Origin: Candidatus Latescibacterota bacterium
Lineage (GTDB): Bacteria; Latescibacterota; UBA2968; UBA8231
Direction: 5' to 3'
Length of the DNA: 64,000 bases
Assembly (NCBI GenBank): GCA_965261395.1
Contig: OZ253462.1
Coordinates: 782,889-846,888 of the forward strand
The position numbers were made by a program, and so were the translations under genes. Under the pieces are notes generated by a model, which saw only the letters and a list, made by a program, of their open reading frames with translations, had not been told where the DNA came from and did not search any database. Position 1 is the first letter of the stretch. Every line of letters starts with the position of its first letter. Below are positions 9,727-19,120 of this stretch, piece after piece.

Positions 9727-10503
9727 TCAATCGACCAGACCCCAGAGACGCTGCCGCGCCTCGGGCCAGTCCGGCCAGCCAGGGTGTAGGTGCTTCAGCG
9801 CCGCCAAGTCGCGCTTGCGCCCGCCCGGTGGGAAGTAGTTCCAGCCCATGGCGCGTCGCGGGCCAGCGGCCGTCTTCACTCCGGTGGCGTGCCAGCAAGA
9901 GGGCGTCCACACCAGGGTCCATCTCGGATCGAGGACGACCTCGACTTCGCTATGATGATGGGCGAAGCAGTGCGCTGGCACCTCGTCGTGGGTGCCGGAG
10001 ACCAGTTCAAGCTGCAGCAGTTCGGCCGCCACCTCCTCGCGGGGACGGTGCTGGCTGCCGGGTAGCACTCGCAGCGGTGCGTTGCTGGCGTCGTGGCGAT
10101 CGAGGGCGGTGCGGAAGGAGACCTGCTTCACCTCCGGCCCTCCATCCACGTGCCAGTGGACCTGCCGCTGCGGTCGGCCGTCGGCGCTGACTATCTTCGA
10201 AGCGTCGCCGAGGCCGCAGGCACCCACGTGTACCTCTTCGGCGTCTAGTATCCGCCGCGCCGCCGCGACCAACTCGGGGTGCTCCACCATCTGCAGCAGC
10301 GACTCGCCAATCATCAGGAACTGGCAGGCCAGCCGGTTGCAGCCTTCGGGGAACTCGGTGCGCTCCCACTCCGGCTCCACCTCTTGCTGCCGGATGTCGA
10401 TTTGGCGTACCCCCTCTACACCGACGGGGTTGGGGATCAAGAAGAACCCATTGCGCTCGAAGTGAGCGAGCTGTTCGTCGGTGATGTGGAAGGAGCCGCC
10501 CAT
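9727..10503 (-). CDS. PhyH-family Fe(II)/2OG dioxygenase
   Basis: VHWHVDGG (HxD), ALDRHDASNAPLRVLPGSQH, distal His in SCWHATG. ATGA overlap with the upstream gene at 10501-10505. Confidence 0.8.
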   Translation of the reverse strand: MGGSFHITDEQLAHFERNGFFLIPNPVGVEGVRQIDIRQQEVEPEWERTEFPEGCNRLACQFLMIGESLLQMVEHPELVAAARRILDAEEVHVGACGLGDASKIVSADGRPQRQVHWHVDGGPEVKQVSFRTALDRHDASNAPLRVLPGSQHRPREEVAAELLQLELVSGTHDEVPAHCFAHHHSEVEVVLDPRWTLVWTPSCWHATGVKTAAGPRRAMGWNYFPPGGRKRDLAALKHLHPGWPDWPEARQRLWGLVD

Positions 10504-11357
10504 CAGGCACTCCCCACGGCACTTTCTTGTTGGACGATGCTTTTGATTTTTTGGAAGGGTGCCACTTCGACCAGCTCAAGAGCCTCGGGCGAGAGGCGCG
10601 CCTTCACGCCCTCGGGCAAGGGGTTGGAAGCGGGAATGTGCTGGCTGCAATAGCGCAGGGTCAAAAAGCGGCGCTGGCGGTCTTTGGGCTGCCAAGAAAG
10701 GGCACCGTGGACGACCAGCTCGGAAATGACGACCACATCCCCGGCCTTGGGGTTGAAATTGGCCACACCCTCGGGGACTTCGGTGGAGTTGTAGTCGTCG
10801 TTATACGTGCCATCCTTGTAACTGCCCGGGTAGAACATTTCCGGCGGGCGAGGGAAATTGACCTTGTGCGAGCCAGGTAGGACGATGAGGCCGCCGTCGC
10901 CCGGGTGTACATCCGTGAGGTAAAAGAAAAAGACCAAGTCATTGCAGGAAATGCGGCCGTTGTGGATTTGGTAGCGACGCCAGCCCGGCACTTCCGCCCG
11001 CAGCGAGCCCTCGTGGCCCGAGTGCAGAGGGTGGAAGGGTTTGCCGTGGAAATCGACCATCATATTGCCGCCGCCGAGCCGCGGCCGCTCGTCGAGCAAT
11101 TCTTTGACGATCGGCCAAGTCTCCGGGTGCATGGTCAGGGCTTCGAGGGCCTTGTCAAAGGCAAAGGCGTGCAAATACCAATTGAAGTGCTCGCGCTCCA
11201 GATTGATCTCAAAGCCGTCGGGCACCTGATCGGGCGGGGTGTCGATATAGCGCTGAGCCGCCTCCTGGGCCTTTTGCAAGGCTGCGCCCTGGAGTACGCC
11301 TTCAAGGTGCAGATAGCCGGTCAAATCGAAGAAGTAGCGCTGTTCGGGGGTCATCAT
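10503..11357 (-). CDS. PhyH-like dioxygenase, GDGG-PGSHK subgroup without obvious HxD
   Basis: EQRYFFDLTGYLHLEGVL N-terminus, PLHSGHEG at the expected HxD position, FFFYLTDVHPGDGGLIVLPGSHK, distal His in LVVHGALSW. 284 aa. Confidence 0.75.
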   Translation of the reverse strand: MMTPEQRYFFDLTGYLHLEGVLQGAALQKAQEAAQRYIDTPPDQVPDGFEINLEREHFNWYLHAFAFDKALEALTMHPETWPIVKELLDERPRLGGGNMMVDFHGKPFHPLHSGHEGSLRAEVPGWRRYQIHNGRISCNDLVFFFYLTDVHPGDGGLIVLPGSHKVNFPRPPEMFYPGSYKDGTYNDDYNSTEVPEGVANFNPKAGDVVVISELVVHGALSWQPKDRQRRFLTLRYCSQHIPASNPLPEGVKARLSPEALELVEVAPFQKIKSIVQQESAVGSA

Positions 11358-11443
11358 CGGCGGGCCTTTGCTAAGCGTATGGCGGGCATTAGATTGTGCC
11401 GCGCAAGGTAGTGAATCTGCTCTTGCCTTTCAAGGAGGAAAAC

Positions 11444-12097
11444 ATGGGATTTGAGGTTTACGATTGTCGCCGAGATATCCGCAATATTCTGGTGAGGCCG
11501 CAGATCCGCGCCCGCTTCTGCCGCTTAGAGCCAGGCTCGGGTTCGCTCGACGCTTGGCACACGCACGATCTGGGCGACGAGATCTTCATCATTTTGGCGG
11601 GTCGAGTGGAGTTCAAAATCAACGGCGAGGTGAAAGAAGTTGGACCGGGGCAAATGTGCTACGCCCGAACCGACGAGCCGCACTCGGTGCGAGTCATCGG
11701 CGACGAGCCGGTCTATATGTACCTCTCGGTGACGCCGCACATCCAGCCGACGCATACGTTTTACGACGAAAAGGGCGAGCGTCAGCGGCCCCACTTCAGG
11801 CCGTCGAGCGATTACGATACCGCGACAGATTCGACCACGCCGGTGGCCGAGTTGATCGACAGCCACATCGATGCAGCGCGCGCCTTAGCGGCTCAAGCAC
11901 AGGAGAGCATGCAAATCCAAGAGGAACGAGGCCGGGAACTCAAGCAGGCCCTAATGGCCGGCGATATGGAAGCGGCCAGCCGCGTGCGCGAGGCCATGTG
12001 GGCACCGCTTTTGCAACTCTTCAAGCAGACGAGCGAAGTAGCAGACGGCTGGAACGGACTAGCACCCCGGGCAGGGTCTGTCGATGCGGTGTACTGA
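11444..12097 (+). CDS. cupin-domain protein
   Basis: Start trimmed to ATG 11444, preceded by AGGAGG at 11433-11438. Cupin motifs WHTHDLGDEIFIILAG and GQMCYARTDEPHSV. Confidence 0.75.
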   Translation: MGFEVYDCRRDIRNILVRPQIRARFCRLEPGSGSLDAWHTHDLGDEIFIILAGRVEFKINGEVKEVGPGQMCYARTDEPHSVRVIGDEPVYMYLSVTPHIQPTHTFYDEKGERQRPHFRPSSDYDTATDSTTPVAELIDSHIDAARALAAQAQESMQIQEERGRELKQALMAGDMEAASRVREAMWAPLLQLFKQTSEVADGWNGLAPRAGSVDAVY

Positions 12098-12116
12098 GCC
12101 GCCTCAAAACCACCGC

Positions 12117-12842
12117 ATGAGCGAACGTGCCAATAGCCTTGGGCAACCGATCAGCTTCGCACTGCTAGGTTGGACGCCACCACCCACTCCGCCGAGAGAA
12201 TGCATGGAAGGTCGCTTCTGTCGGTTGGAACCTCTTCAAGCTGATAGCCATCTTGACGACCTGTATCAGGCCAATGCCTTTGATGCGGAAGGCAAGAATT
12301 GGACCTACTTGGCATACGGCCCGTTCTCCGACAAAGACAGCTATCGGGCCTGGATGAACAAGACGTGCCTAGGCGACGATCCACTGTTCTTTGCTATCGT
12401 AGACAAGAGTGTTGAGTCAGCAGGTGGTGTCGCGAGCTATCTCAACATCGCACCTGCAAGCGGTGCTATTGAGGTGGGGCACATCCACTATTCCCCGCAG
12501 CTACAGCGAACGCCTTTGGCCACCGAGGCCATGTACCTCATGATGAAGCAGGCATTCGAATTGGGCTATCGACGCTATTCGTGGAAGTGCGACAGCCTAA
12601 ACCAAGCATCGCGGGCGGCCGCCCAACGCCTGGGATTTTCGTTCGAGGGAATTTTTCGCCAAGCAACGGTCTATAACGGGCGCAATCGAGACACCGCCTG
12701 GTACGCAGCCATTGATGCGGAGTGGCCGGAGCTGGAGCAAGCCTTCCTGACTTGGTTAGCCCCAGACAATTTTGACGACCAAGGCGAGCAGCGATTACGC
12801 CTCTCAGACCTCACCCGGCCTATTCTTAAAAAGACACATTAA
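12117..12842 (+). CDS. GNAT-family N-acetyltransferase (RimJ/RimL-like)
   Basis: Start trimmed to ATG 12117. IEVGHIHYSPQLQRTPLATEAMYLMMKQAFELGYRRYSWKCDSLNQASRAAAQRLGF is a typical GNAT core. Confidence 0.8.
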   Translation: MSERANSLGQPISFALLGWTPPPTPPRECMEGRFCRLEPLQADSHLDDLYQANAFDAEGKNWTYLAYGPFSDKDSYRAWMNKTCLGDDPLFFAIVDKSVESAGGVASYLNIAPASGAIEVGHIHYSPQLQRTPLATEAMYLMMKQAFELGYRRYSWKCDSLNQASRAAAQRLGFSFEGIFRQATVYNGRNRDTAWYAAIDAEWPELEQAFLTWLAPDNFDDQGEQRLRLSDLTRPILKKTH

Positions 12843-13001
12843 TCTAACGTCGCCCAGCCTTGCGACGAGAGCCCGGACGGCTGGGGCGAATGCTGGAGGA
12901 CAGCTTTAACTAAGCGGGCATCGGCTGGCTGTGGCAGCGGCGTCCGCGTCGCCGAAGAGCGTCCCCGCGGCCATGGCGTCGGCATGGAAGCGACGGTGGA
13001 C

Positions 13002-13168
13002 CGCTTCTTGGCCGGGCTAGCCCAATGGGGCAAAAGTTCGACCGGTTGGTTTTGCGGGTTCAAGCTGCATATAGTCTTCAATCTCATCGGGGGATTAATT
13101 GCCTATTGCCACCAACCCTAAAAACCGAGGACCCACGCCAAGTAGAGGCCCCTTAACCCGAACTCATG
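13002..13168 (+). mobile_element. internally deleted right-end remnant of an IS982-family element
   Basis: Translates as [27 protein letters not shown] joined directly to [12 protein letters not shown]. The intact copy has [27 protein letters not shown]...[12 protein letters not shown]. It ends in CCGAACTCATG, versus the intact IRR CCGAACTCACGT. Confidence 0.65.
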
Positions 13169-13243
13169 TTTTTTTATAGTGAAATGGGACCCCAATTTGA
13201 GGTTTGAGGTCCCATTTCACTAACTCGCTGTGCAGTAGATGGT

Positions 13244-16200
13244 TTACTTGAGCAACAGCATCTTCTTGACTTCGTGGAACTCACCGCCTGCCTCCAAGCG
13301 GTAGAAGTACATCCCCGACGCCAAGCTATGTCCGCTGCCGTTGGTCGCGTCCCACTCCACGACGTAGCGACCGGCGCTCTGATGCTCCGCAACCAGCGTC
13401 CGCACCGGCTGACCCACTACATTGTAAACGGTCAGTTCCACGTCCGCCGCCTGCGGCAACGCATACTTGATCGTCGTCGCCGGGTTGAACGGGTTCGGAT
13501 AGTTGTTGGCCAACGCGAACGCTTCCGGCCGCGTCTGCAACTGCACCGGAGCCGGCAACACCAGACGGTTGAAGCCAAACTCGCTGTCATACGTCTGGCT
13601 GTCGGTGATCTCGATGACCGTGTTCTCGATCTCCGTCGTCGCGCGGAAGACCAAGCTCAGCGGCACTTCGCCTTCGGAGACCACGTCCCCGTGGGCGATC
13701 ACCGTCAAGACACCGGCTTCGTCAGAAAGCACCTGCGGCGTAGCGAACACGCTTCCACCTAGCGGCTGATCGGTCAGCACCTCGACGAACTCCAGCTTGT
13801 CAGTCTCATACTGCACCTGCAAGCCGTAGCCCTTCACCGCGACAAAGTCCGCCAAACGCACGTCGAGGACAAAGTCCTCACCCACGATGGGCATGGCTGT
13901 CCGCGCGTTCAGATACATCCGCGCATCCGCATTCAGGCCAGCGAGCATGGGCACGCGCTTGCCAGCACCATTGAACGCGCCAAACAACGCGCCCAAGTCG
14001 CCGAAGTCCAGCATCGGGTTGACCGTGATGGAGAAGGTCAATTCGGTGGTGGCACCTTCGCTGTCGGTCGCCGTGTAGGTGACCTCGACGGCTCCATCGG
14101 TGGCCGCTTCGGGCGTGCCCGAAAGCGTCCGCGTGGCCGGGTCAAACGACAGGCCCGCAGGCAACTCGGAGACGCTGTAGGCGACGTCGCCCGAACCACC
14201 CTCAGCTGCCGGCAGTTCAGCACTCATCTCCGCACCAGCGGTGCCTGCGAGGTCGTCGATCATGGTGCCCTCGGCAAACATAAGGGCCATCATCATGTCG
14301 TCTTCTTCCATCATCTCGTAGTCGGCGATCGTGACGGTTCCCGTGCCGTCCGCCAAATCCTCGATCACACCATTCAGCGTGATCGTCTCGTTGCCCTCGT
14401 CCGCGCTGTCGGTGGTGGGATCGATGAGCAGAGCGATCGAACCCGAGACCTCGCCAGCCGGAATCGTGAGCAGCGGATTGAACAGCGCCGAGTAGTCCAC
14501 ATCGCGCGTGGCTTCCGAACCCGGATCAACCGACAGGGTGACCGTCGCGTCGGCGTCCAGCACCTTGCCGTCCAACGTCGCGGTGACCGTCACCGAGGTA
14601 ACACCGGCGTTCTCGCTTACCGTGTGCGGGTCGGCCGACAGCGAGATGGACGTGCTAGCGGTTTCGTCGTCGGCGATCGTGATATCCGCCGAGTCCGAAC
14701 CACCGGAGGCCGTGGCATGAACACCAAGGACCCTATTGCCGTCCGTATTCTCATTGTTGATGGGCGTGAGGGTCAGCGACGTGGTCGCTTCAGTCGCGCC
14801 AGCCGCAATGGCGACATTGCCATGTAGCTGCGCGGTAAAATCTACGTCGCGGACGGCTTGTATGCCTTCGCTGGGAGCACCAAGCGTGAACCGGATCGTC
14901 TCGGCCTCCGGAGCGGGTCCCGACAAGGTAGCCTTGACCGAGATGGACGCGGTCTCACCGCTTTCGCGGATCGACGTACGGCTCACACTCACGCTTTCGA
15001 CCGAAACCGTAGGCGGCGCAGCAGCAACGATGTCGATGGTGAACTTCGTGGCCGCGCCACCTTCGCTGTCCAGTACCGTGTAAACGACTTCGGTCTCTCC
15101 GACCCCCGTCGGCGTACCCGAAATCGTTAGCTCGTCGGCGTCAAACTCCAAACCCGCCGGCAAGTTGTTCGAAACGCTATAGGTGCGGTCGCCTTCACCA
15201 CCTTCAGCTTCCGGCAACTCTATGACCTCAATCGCCGTGCCAACCATGCCGTCATAGACCGTAGAAGCCAAGTCAACGTCGAATTTAAGCGCGCCCGGAT
15301 CTTCCGCTTCCTCAGCCGCGTCCGCATCTTTCAGCACGATAGCGACGGCACGGACATAAACGGGATCAGCATCGATATTGGTCGTGAACGGATCATTTTT
15401 CACCGAACCGATCCAGACCTTCTTATCTCCGCCAGCCTTTGCGGTGATGGTAACCGGAATCGAGCCACTGGTCTCACCGGCCAGAATCGTCAGCGAACGA
15501 AGGACGGCGGTGTATTCGGTATCGCGCGTCGCTGGCACATCGTAAGCGGCGTGACCTTCAGGGGGAGTAGCTCCTGCGACGACAACCAAGGTCACTTTCG
15601 TGTCCTCTTCAAAGACGTCGCCGTTTAGGGTTCCGGTTATCGTAACCTCCTGATCACCGGTCTCCGCCTTTATCTCTTTAAGATCGGCATCCAGGTCTAT
15701 AGTGGTAGTAGCCGTCTCGTCGTCCGCGATCTTGATACCCGCGAACTTAGAAATCGTTCCTACCTTGGCCTCTACCCGGATAATCTTCGCAAGATCCTTC
15801 CCGCTGTTATCGAAGACGGTCAGATTGAGCGTCGTCGTCTCCTTTGTTGAGCCAGCCGGAATGACGAGATCGTCCACGGTCGCCGTGTAATCGGTTCCAC
15901 GCGTCGCTTTCTGCGCATCGGCGGTGAAGGCATCAGGCAGGGAGGTGAGTTCGTCCCGAATAAAGAATCGCACCCGTGCGTCATCCGGTAGAGCGTTCTC
16001 CAACTCAATCTTCAGCTCGACCGACACCTCCCGCGACTCTGCCTCCTGCCCAACAAGGGACTCGCGGATTACGCTGGGCGTAGCCGTCAGGCCCTTAGTA
16101 GCAGCAATGGCGGTGCCCTTGATCTCGAAGTCAATGCCTTCAATCACTAGGAAGTGATGGAGCTTTTTTTCCGTCACTTCCTTTAGGAAACCATCTACCT

Positions 16201-16975
16201 TACTATCGCCGTCTAGGTCAAAACCCTCCGCCACGGAGATGGGTGAGGTTACTGAAGCTTCAGAATACGCCCAGTAACTGTCGCCATCCGGGTCCTCGAA
16301 GTCAGCATTAGCAGGCGCATCCGCACCATCGAGCGACTCTTCGAATGCCTGCTGATCGGCAAAATCATCACTGGTACCGTCGGGATCGTGGTCGGTTGGT
16401 TCTAATACTGTGATTAGTATTGTTTCATCTGTGACGCCGCTTCCGCGCAAAGGAAAATTTAATGCTTTTACTGTAAGCCCGATTTCTACGCCTGGTGAAC
16501 CAGGCGCTGCAGGTGGACCGGTAGTAGGATCACCTGTAGAGGCTGGCCATACATCCCTTGTATCGCCGTCTTGGTTTATGTCGGTACCGGAGACGGATAA
16601 CGTCACCCGACTACTTATCCCGATCCCGATATTACCAGTCCCAGCGTTCTTGGGAGTGATGTTAATCGTCGTACTCCCGTTCGGCTTTTTCCTCGGAATG
16701 GTCAGCGTGCTCAACTCTATATCGTAGTCCGCATCGCGTCCCGCCGCTGGTTTTGGATTTCCATCTTCATCCGTGCCAGGCGCGACTTGTCTCAACAGCA
16801 AAGACAGGGTCTGATCGTTTACCGGCGCTCCATCCAAACGTCCCGTCACCGTGACAGAGGTCTCCTCCGCCTCCTTGCTTATCTCGGCCGGATCAAGCCC
16901 GAGCTTGATCTTATAGCTCGGCTTGTCGGTGTCGAGCATCGTAATATCAATCTTGAATTCAACTTGTAAGTGCAA
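13244..16975 (-). pseudogene. 3' portion of an IS30-disrupted giant surface protein (Calx-beta-like repeats, putative Ig/He_PIG domains, cohesin-like domain, T9SS C-terminal sorting domain)
   Basis: 1243-aa ORF with no signal peptide. Repeated modules end in motifs such as ATRDVDYSALFNPLLTIPAGEVSGSI. YSVSNNLPAGLEFDADELTISGTPTG is Ig-like. C-terminal NYPNPFNPATTIKYALP...GMYFYRLEAGG...KKMLLLK is a Por secretion tail. The TTG pseudo-start lies inside the IS30 left inverted repeat. Confidence 0.8.
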
Positions 16976-18054
16976 TCGCTTGGGTAGCTGGCATAGAAAA
17001 GGCCAACTGGTATATTTTCCCTGGCCATTTCAAACGCAGCTCCCGACGGAGGCGCTTATGGGAACGTATCACCAGTTGACCGAGCATCAAAGATACCAAA
17101 TTTACGCCCTGAAGAAAGCCGGGCATGATCAGCAGTCCATCGCGGCGACGGTGGCGGTATCGCCCTCGACGATTTGTCGGGAGTTGCGGCGCAATCAAGG
17201 GCAACGCGGCTATCGTCCCGGCCAAGCCCATCACAAAGCGTTGGCGCGTCGTCGCCACAAGGCGAAGGCGACCAAGATGACGGCGGCGGTCATCGAGCGC
17301 ATCGAAGCGGGCCTGGGTCAGCAGTGGAGTCCAGAGCAGATTGCGGGTCGGCTGGCGACGACCGACGGGTTTCGATTGAGTCCGCAGCGTATCTACCAGC
17401 ACATCCAGGCGGATCGCCAGGCGGGCGGGATGTTGTATCGCCATCTGCGCCACAGTCAGAAGAAACGCAAGAAACGTTATGGAAAAGCCGATGCCCGAGG
17501 GCAGATTAAAGGCCGCATCAGCATGGACCAGCGACCGGCCATCGTGGAGGAAAAAAGTCGCATCGGCGATTGGGAAATCGACTTGGTGATGGGACGTGCA
17601 CGCACCGGGGCGCTCGTCTCGGTGGTGGAACGTCGCTCGCGCTATACCGTGCTGGGCAAAGTCCCCTCCAAACAGGCCGAGCACGTAGCGGCGGCCACCA
17701 TTGCGTTGCTCGCTGCCCATAAGGGGCATACCCAGACGATTACGGCCGATAACGGCAAGGAGTTTGCCCACCATGCCACGATCAGCCAAGCGTTGGACGC
17801 GGCTGTGTATTTTGCCCATCCCTACCATGCCTGGGAGCGCGGACTCAACGAGAACACCAACGGGCTGATTCGCCAGTATGTGCCCAAAGGGACGGCCTTG
17901 GATACGCTGTCCCAGGCGCAGGTACACCACATCATGGAGCGGCTCAATCATCGACCGCGAAAGGGCTTGGCATTTCAAACGCCGCATGAAATCTTATGCA
18001 AGGAAACAGAAGTTCAACCCAAACATGGCGAAATTGCGCTTACGAGTTGAATCC
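16955..18054 (+). mobile_element. IS30-family insertion sequence (about 1.1 kb)
   Basis: Terminal inverted repeats GAATTCAACTTGTAAGTGCAAT (16955-) and the reverse complement of 18054- (GGATTCAACTCGTAAGCGCAAT) match at 19 of 22 positions. A single transposase ORF has its stop inside the right repeat. Confidence 0.85.
17058..18050 (+). CDS. IS30-family transposase
   Basis: Start trimmed to ATG 17058 (GGAGG at 17048-17052). MGTYHQLTEHQRYQIYALKKAGHDQQSIA HTH region, and a DDE region with GDWEIDLV...TADNGKEF...NENTNGLIRQY. Confidence 0.9.
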   Translation: MGTYHQLTEHQRYQIYALKKAGHDQQSIAATVAVSPSTICRELRRNQGQRGYRPGQAHHKALARRRHKAKATKMTAAVIERIEAGLGQQWSPEQIAGRLATTDGFRLSPQRIYQHIQADRQAGGMLYRHLRHSQKKRKKRYGKADARGQIKGRISMDQRPAIVEEKSRIGDWEIDLVMGRARTGALVSVVERRSRYTVLGKVPSKQAEHVAAATIALLAAHKGHTQTITADNGKEFAHHATISQALDAAVYFAHPYHAWERGLNENTNGLIRQYVPKGTALDTLSQAQVHHIMERLNHRPRKGLAFQTPHEILCKETEVQPKHGEIALTS

Positions 18055-18618
18055 GCGAATCGTATTAGAAAGATCTCTATCGACCTTTGTCGGGCCAGCA
18101 TTGCCCCAGAGGGTGATTATAAGATCGTCGTTGGGGAACCGATCATTTGCCTTGTATGGGTTTTCCCCCGTCGTCACAGTCTCATCATTTTCGTGATTTG
18201 TCGGGATGGGGGTAAAAATGACATCCACCGATTCCTCTTTGGAATCCTTTGGAATCACGATACTGGATAGCACCACAGTGAAGCGACGACCTCGCGCCTC
18301 CACCGCATCACGTCCCCCAATATTGAATACCTGAAGATCACCAGACGGGTTTTGTACATAGATCAAACCCTCTGCACGCAAGAGCACCACCCGCTCCCCA
18401 TCACCGAACGCCTCATGTTCTCCACCTACATAAGTCTTGGCTGTCACCTTGATCGTGACCGCACCGCCATCCTCGCGGAACTCTGTCTTGTCCACCGACA
18501 GCCGAATTCCATCAGCCAACTGCGCCTGCGTTTCCCCGGCCCATCCCAGCACCAAACCAAACGCCAGCAACCAAGGCACATAAGCCAAGCGCCTGATTAA
18601 CGACTTCGTGTGTATCAT
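18040..18618 (-). pseudogene. 5' portion (signal peptide plus first Calx-beta-like module) of the IS30-disrupted surface protein
   Basis: MIHTKSLIRRLAYVPWLLAFGLVLGWAGETQA signal peptide, then a module resembling those of 13244..16975. The stop codon (18040-18042) lies inside the IS30 right inverted repeat. Confidence 0.75.
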
Positions 18619-18977
18619 TACTCAACCCTCCCAGGGAAAGCGTCCCTGATTAAAAGTGAGATAAGAAGATGAATCTGCTTTAAGATATTGCGTTCGTGCG
18701 TGTTTCATCGGTAGTGCATTCGTTTGAAATTAAGGTGCGCCACTCCGCTTTACGATGAGTCCTAAGAAACTGTTGAGTTATTAGATGCCTTTAGCGACGG
18801 TACCCCTTACTTAATAATGGCGATACAAATCATGTTCTCCGCGGAACCACCTGGTTCCGTTGGAGTTGACCTGACTTGTGGATTGCCTCGGTTAGAGGCA
18901 CGGCTCCACCTGCCTCCGATAAATATACGTTCCAAGCGGTCAGGGAATGTCCGTTGGTCAAAAAAATTCAAATATTA

Positions 18978-19068
18978 ACGTGAGTTCGGGATAAGGTGAG
19001 GGACTCCTTTTTGGCTAAACTTAGGTATGCCCACCATACAGCCTAGCCATCAGCGAGATGTTGAACTG
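18978..19068 (+). mobile_element. solo left-end fragment of an IS982-family element
   Basis: ACGTGAGTTCGGGATAAGGTGAGGGACTCCTTTTTGGCTAAACTTAGGT is nearly identical to the left end of the intact copy at 20606-. Similarity decays near the position of the transposase start. Confidence 0.65.
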
Positions 19069-19120
19069 CGCGGGAGCCGCTGGTAAGCAGGCCCCCGCAG
19101 CTTGGCGTGAGTCATATTAT

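Noticed and set aside
11464-12120. A 218-aa alternative-frame ORF overlapping the cupin gene.
   Set aside because: It is Arg/Gly/Ala-rich with no motifs. The cupin frame has a strong AGGAGG-ATG start and clear cupin signatures.
13178-13221. A 14-bp perfect stem-loop (AGTGAAATGGGACC...GGTCCCATTTCACT) just downstream of the adhesin stop, considered as a terminator.
   Set aside because: The T-run lies on the wrong side for the minus-strand adhesin gene, and no T-run follows it on the plus strand. It may still be structural, but it is not a canonical intrinsic terminator.
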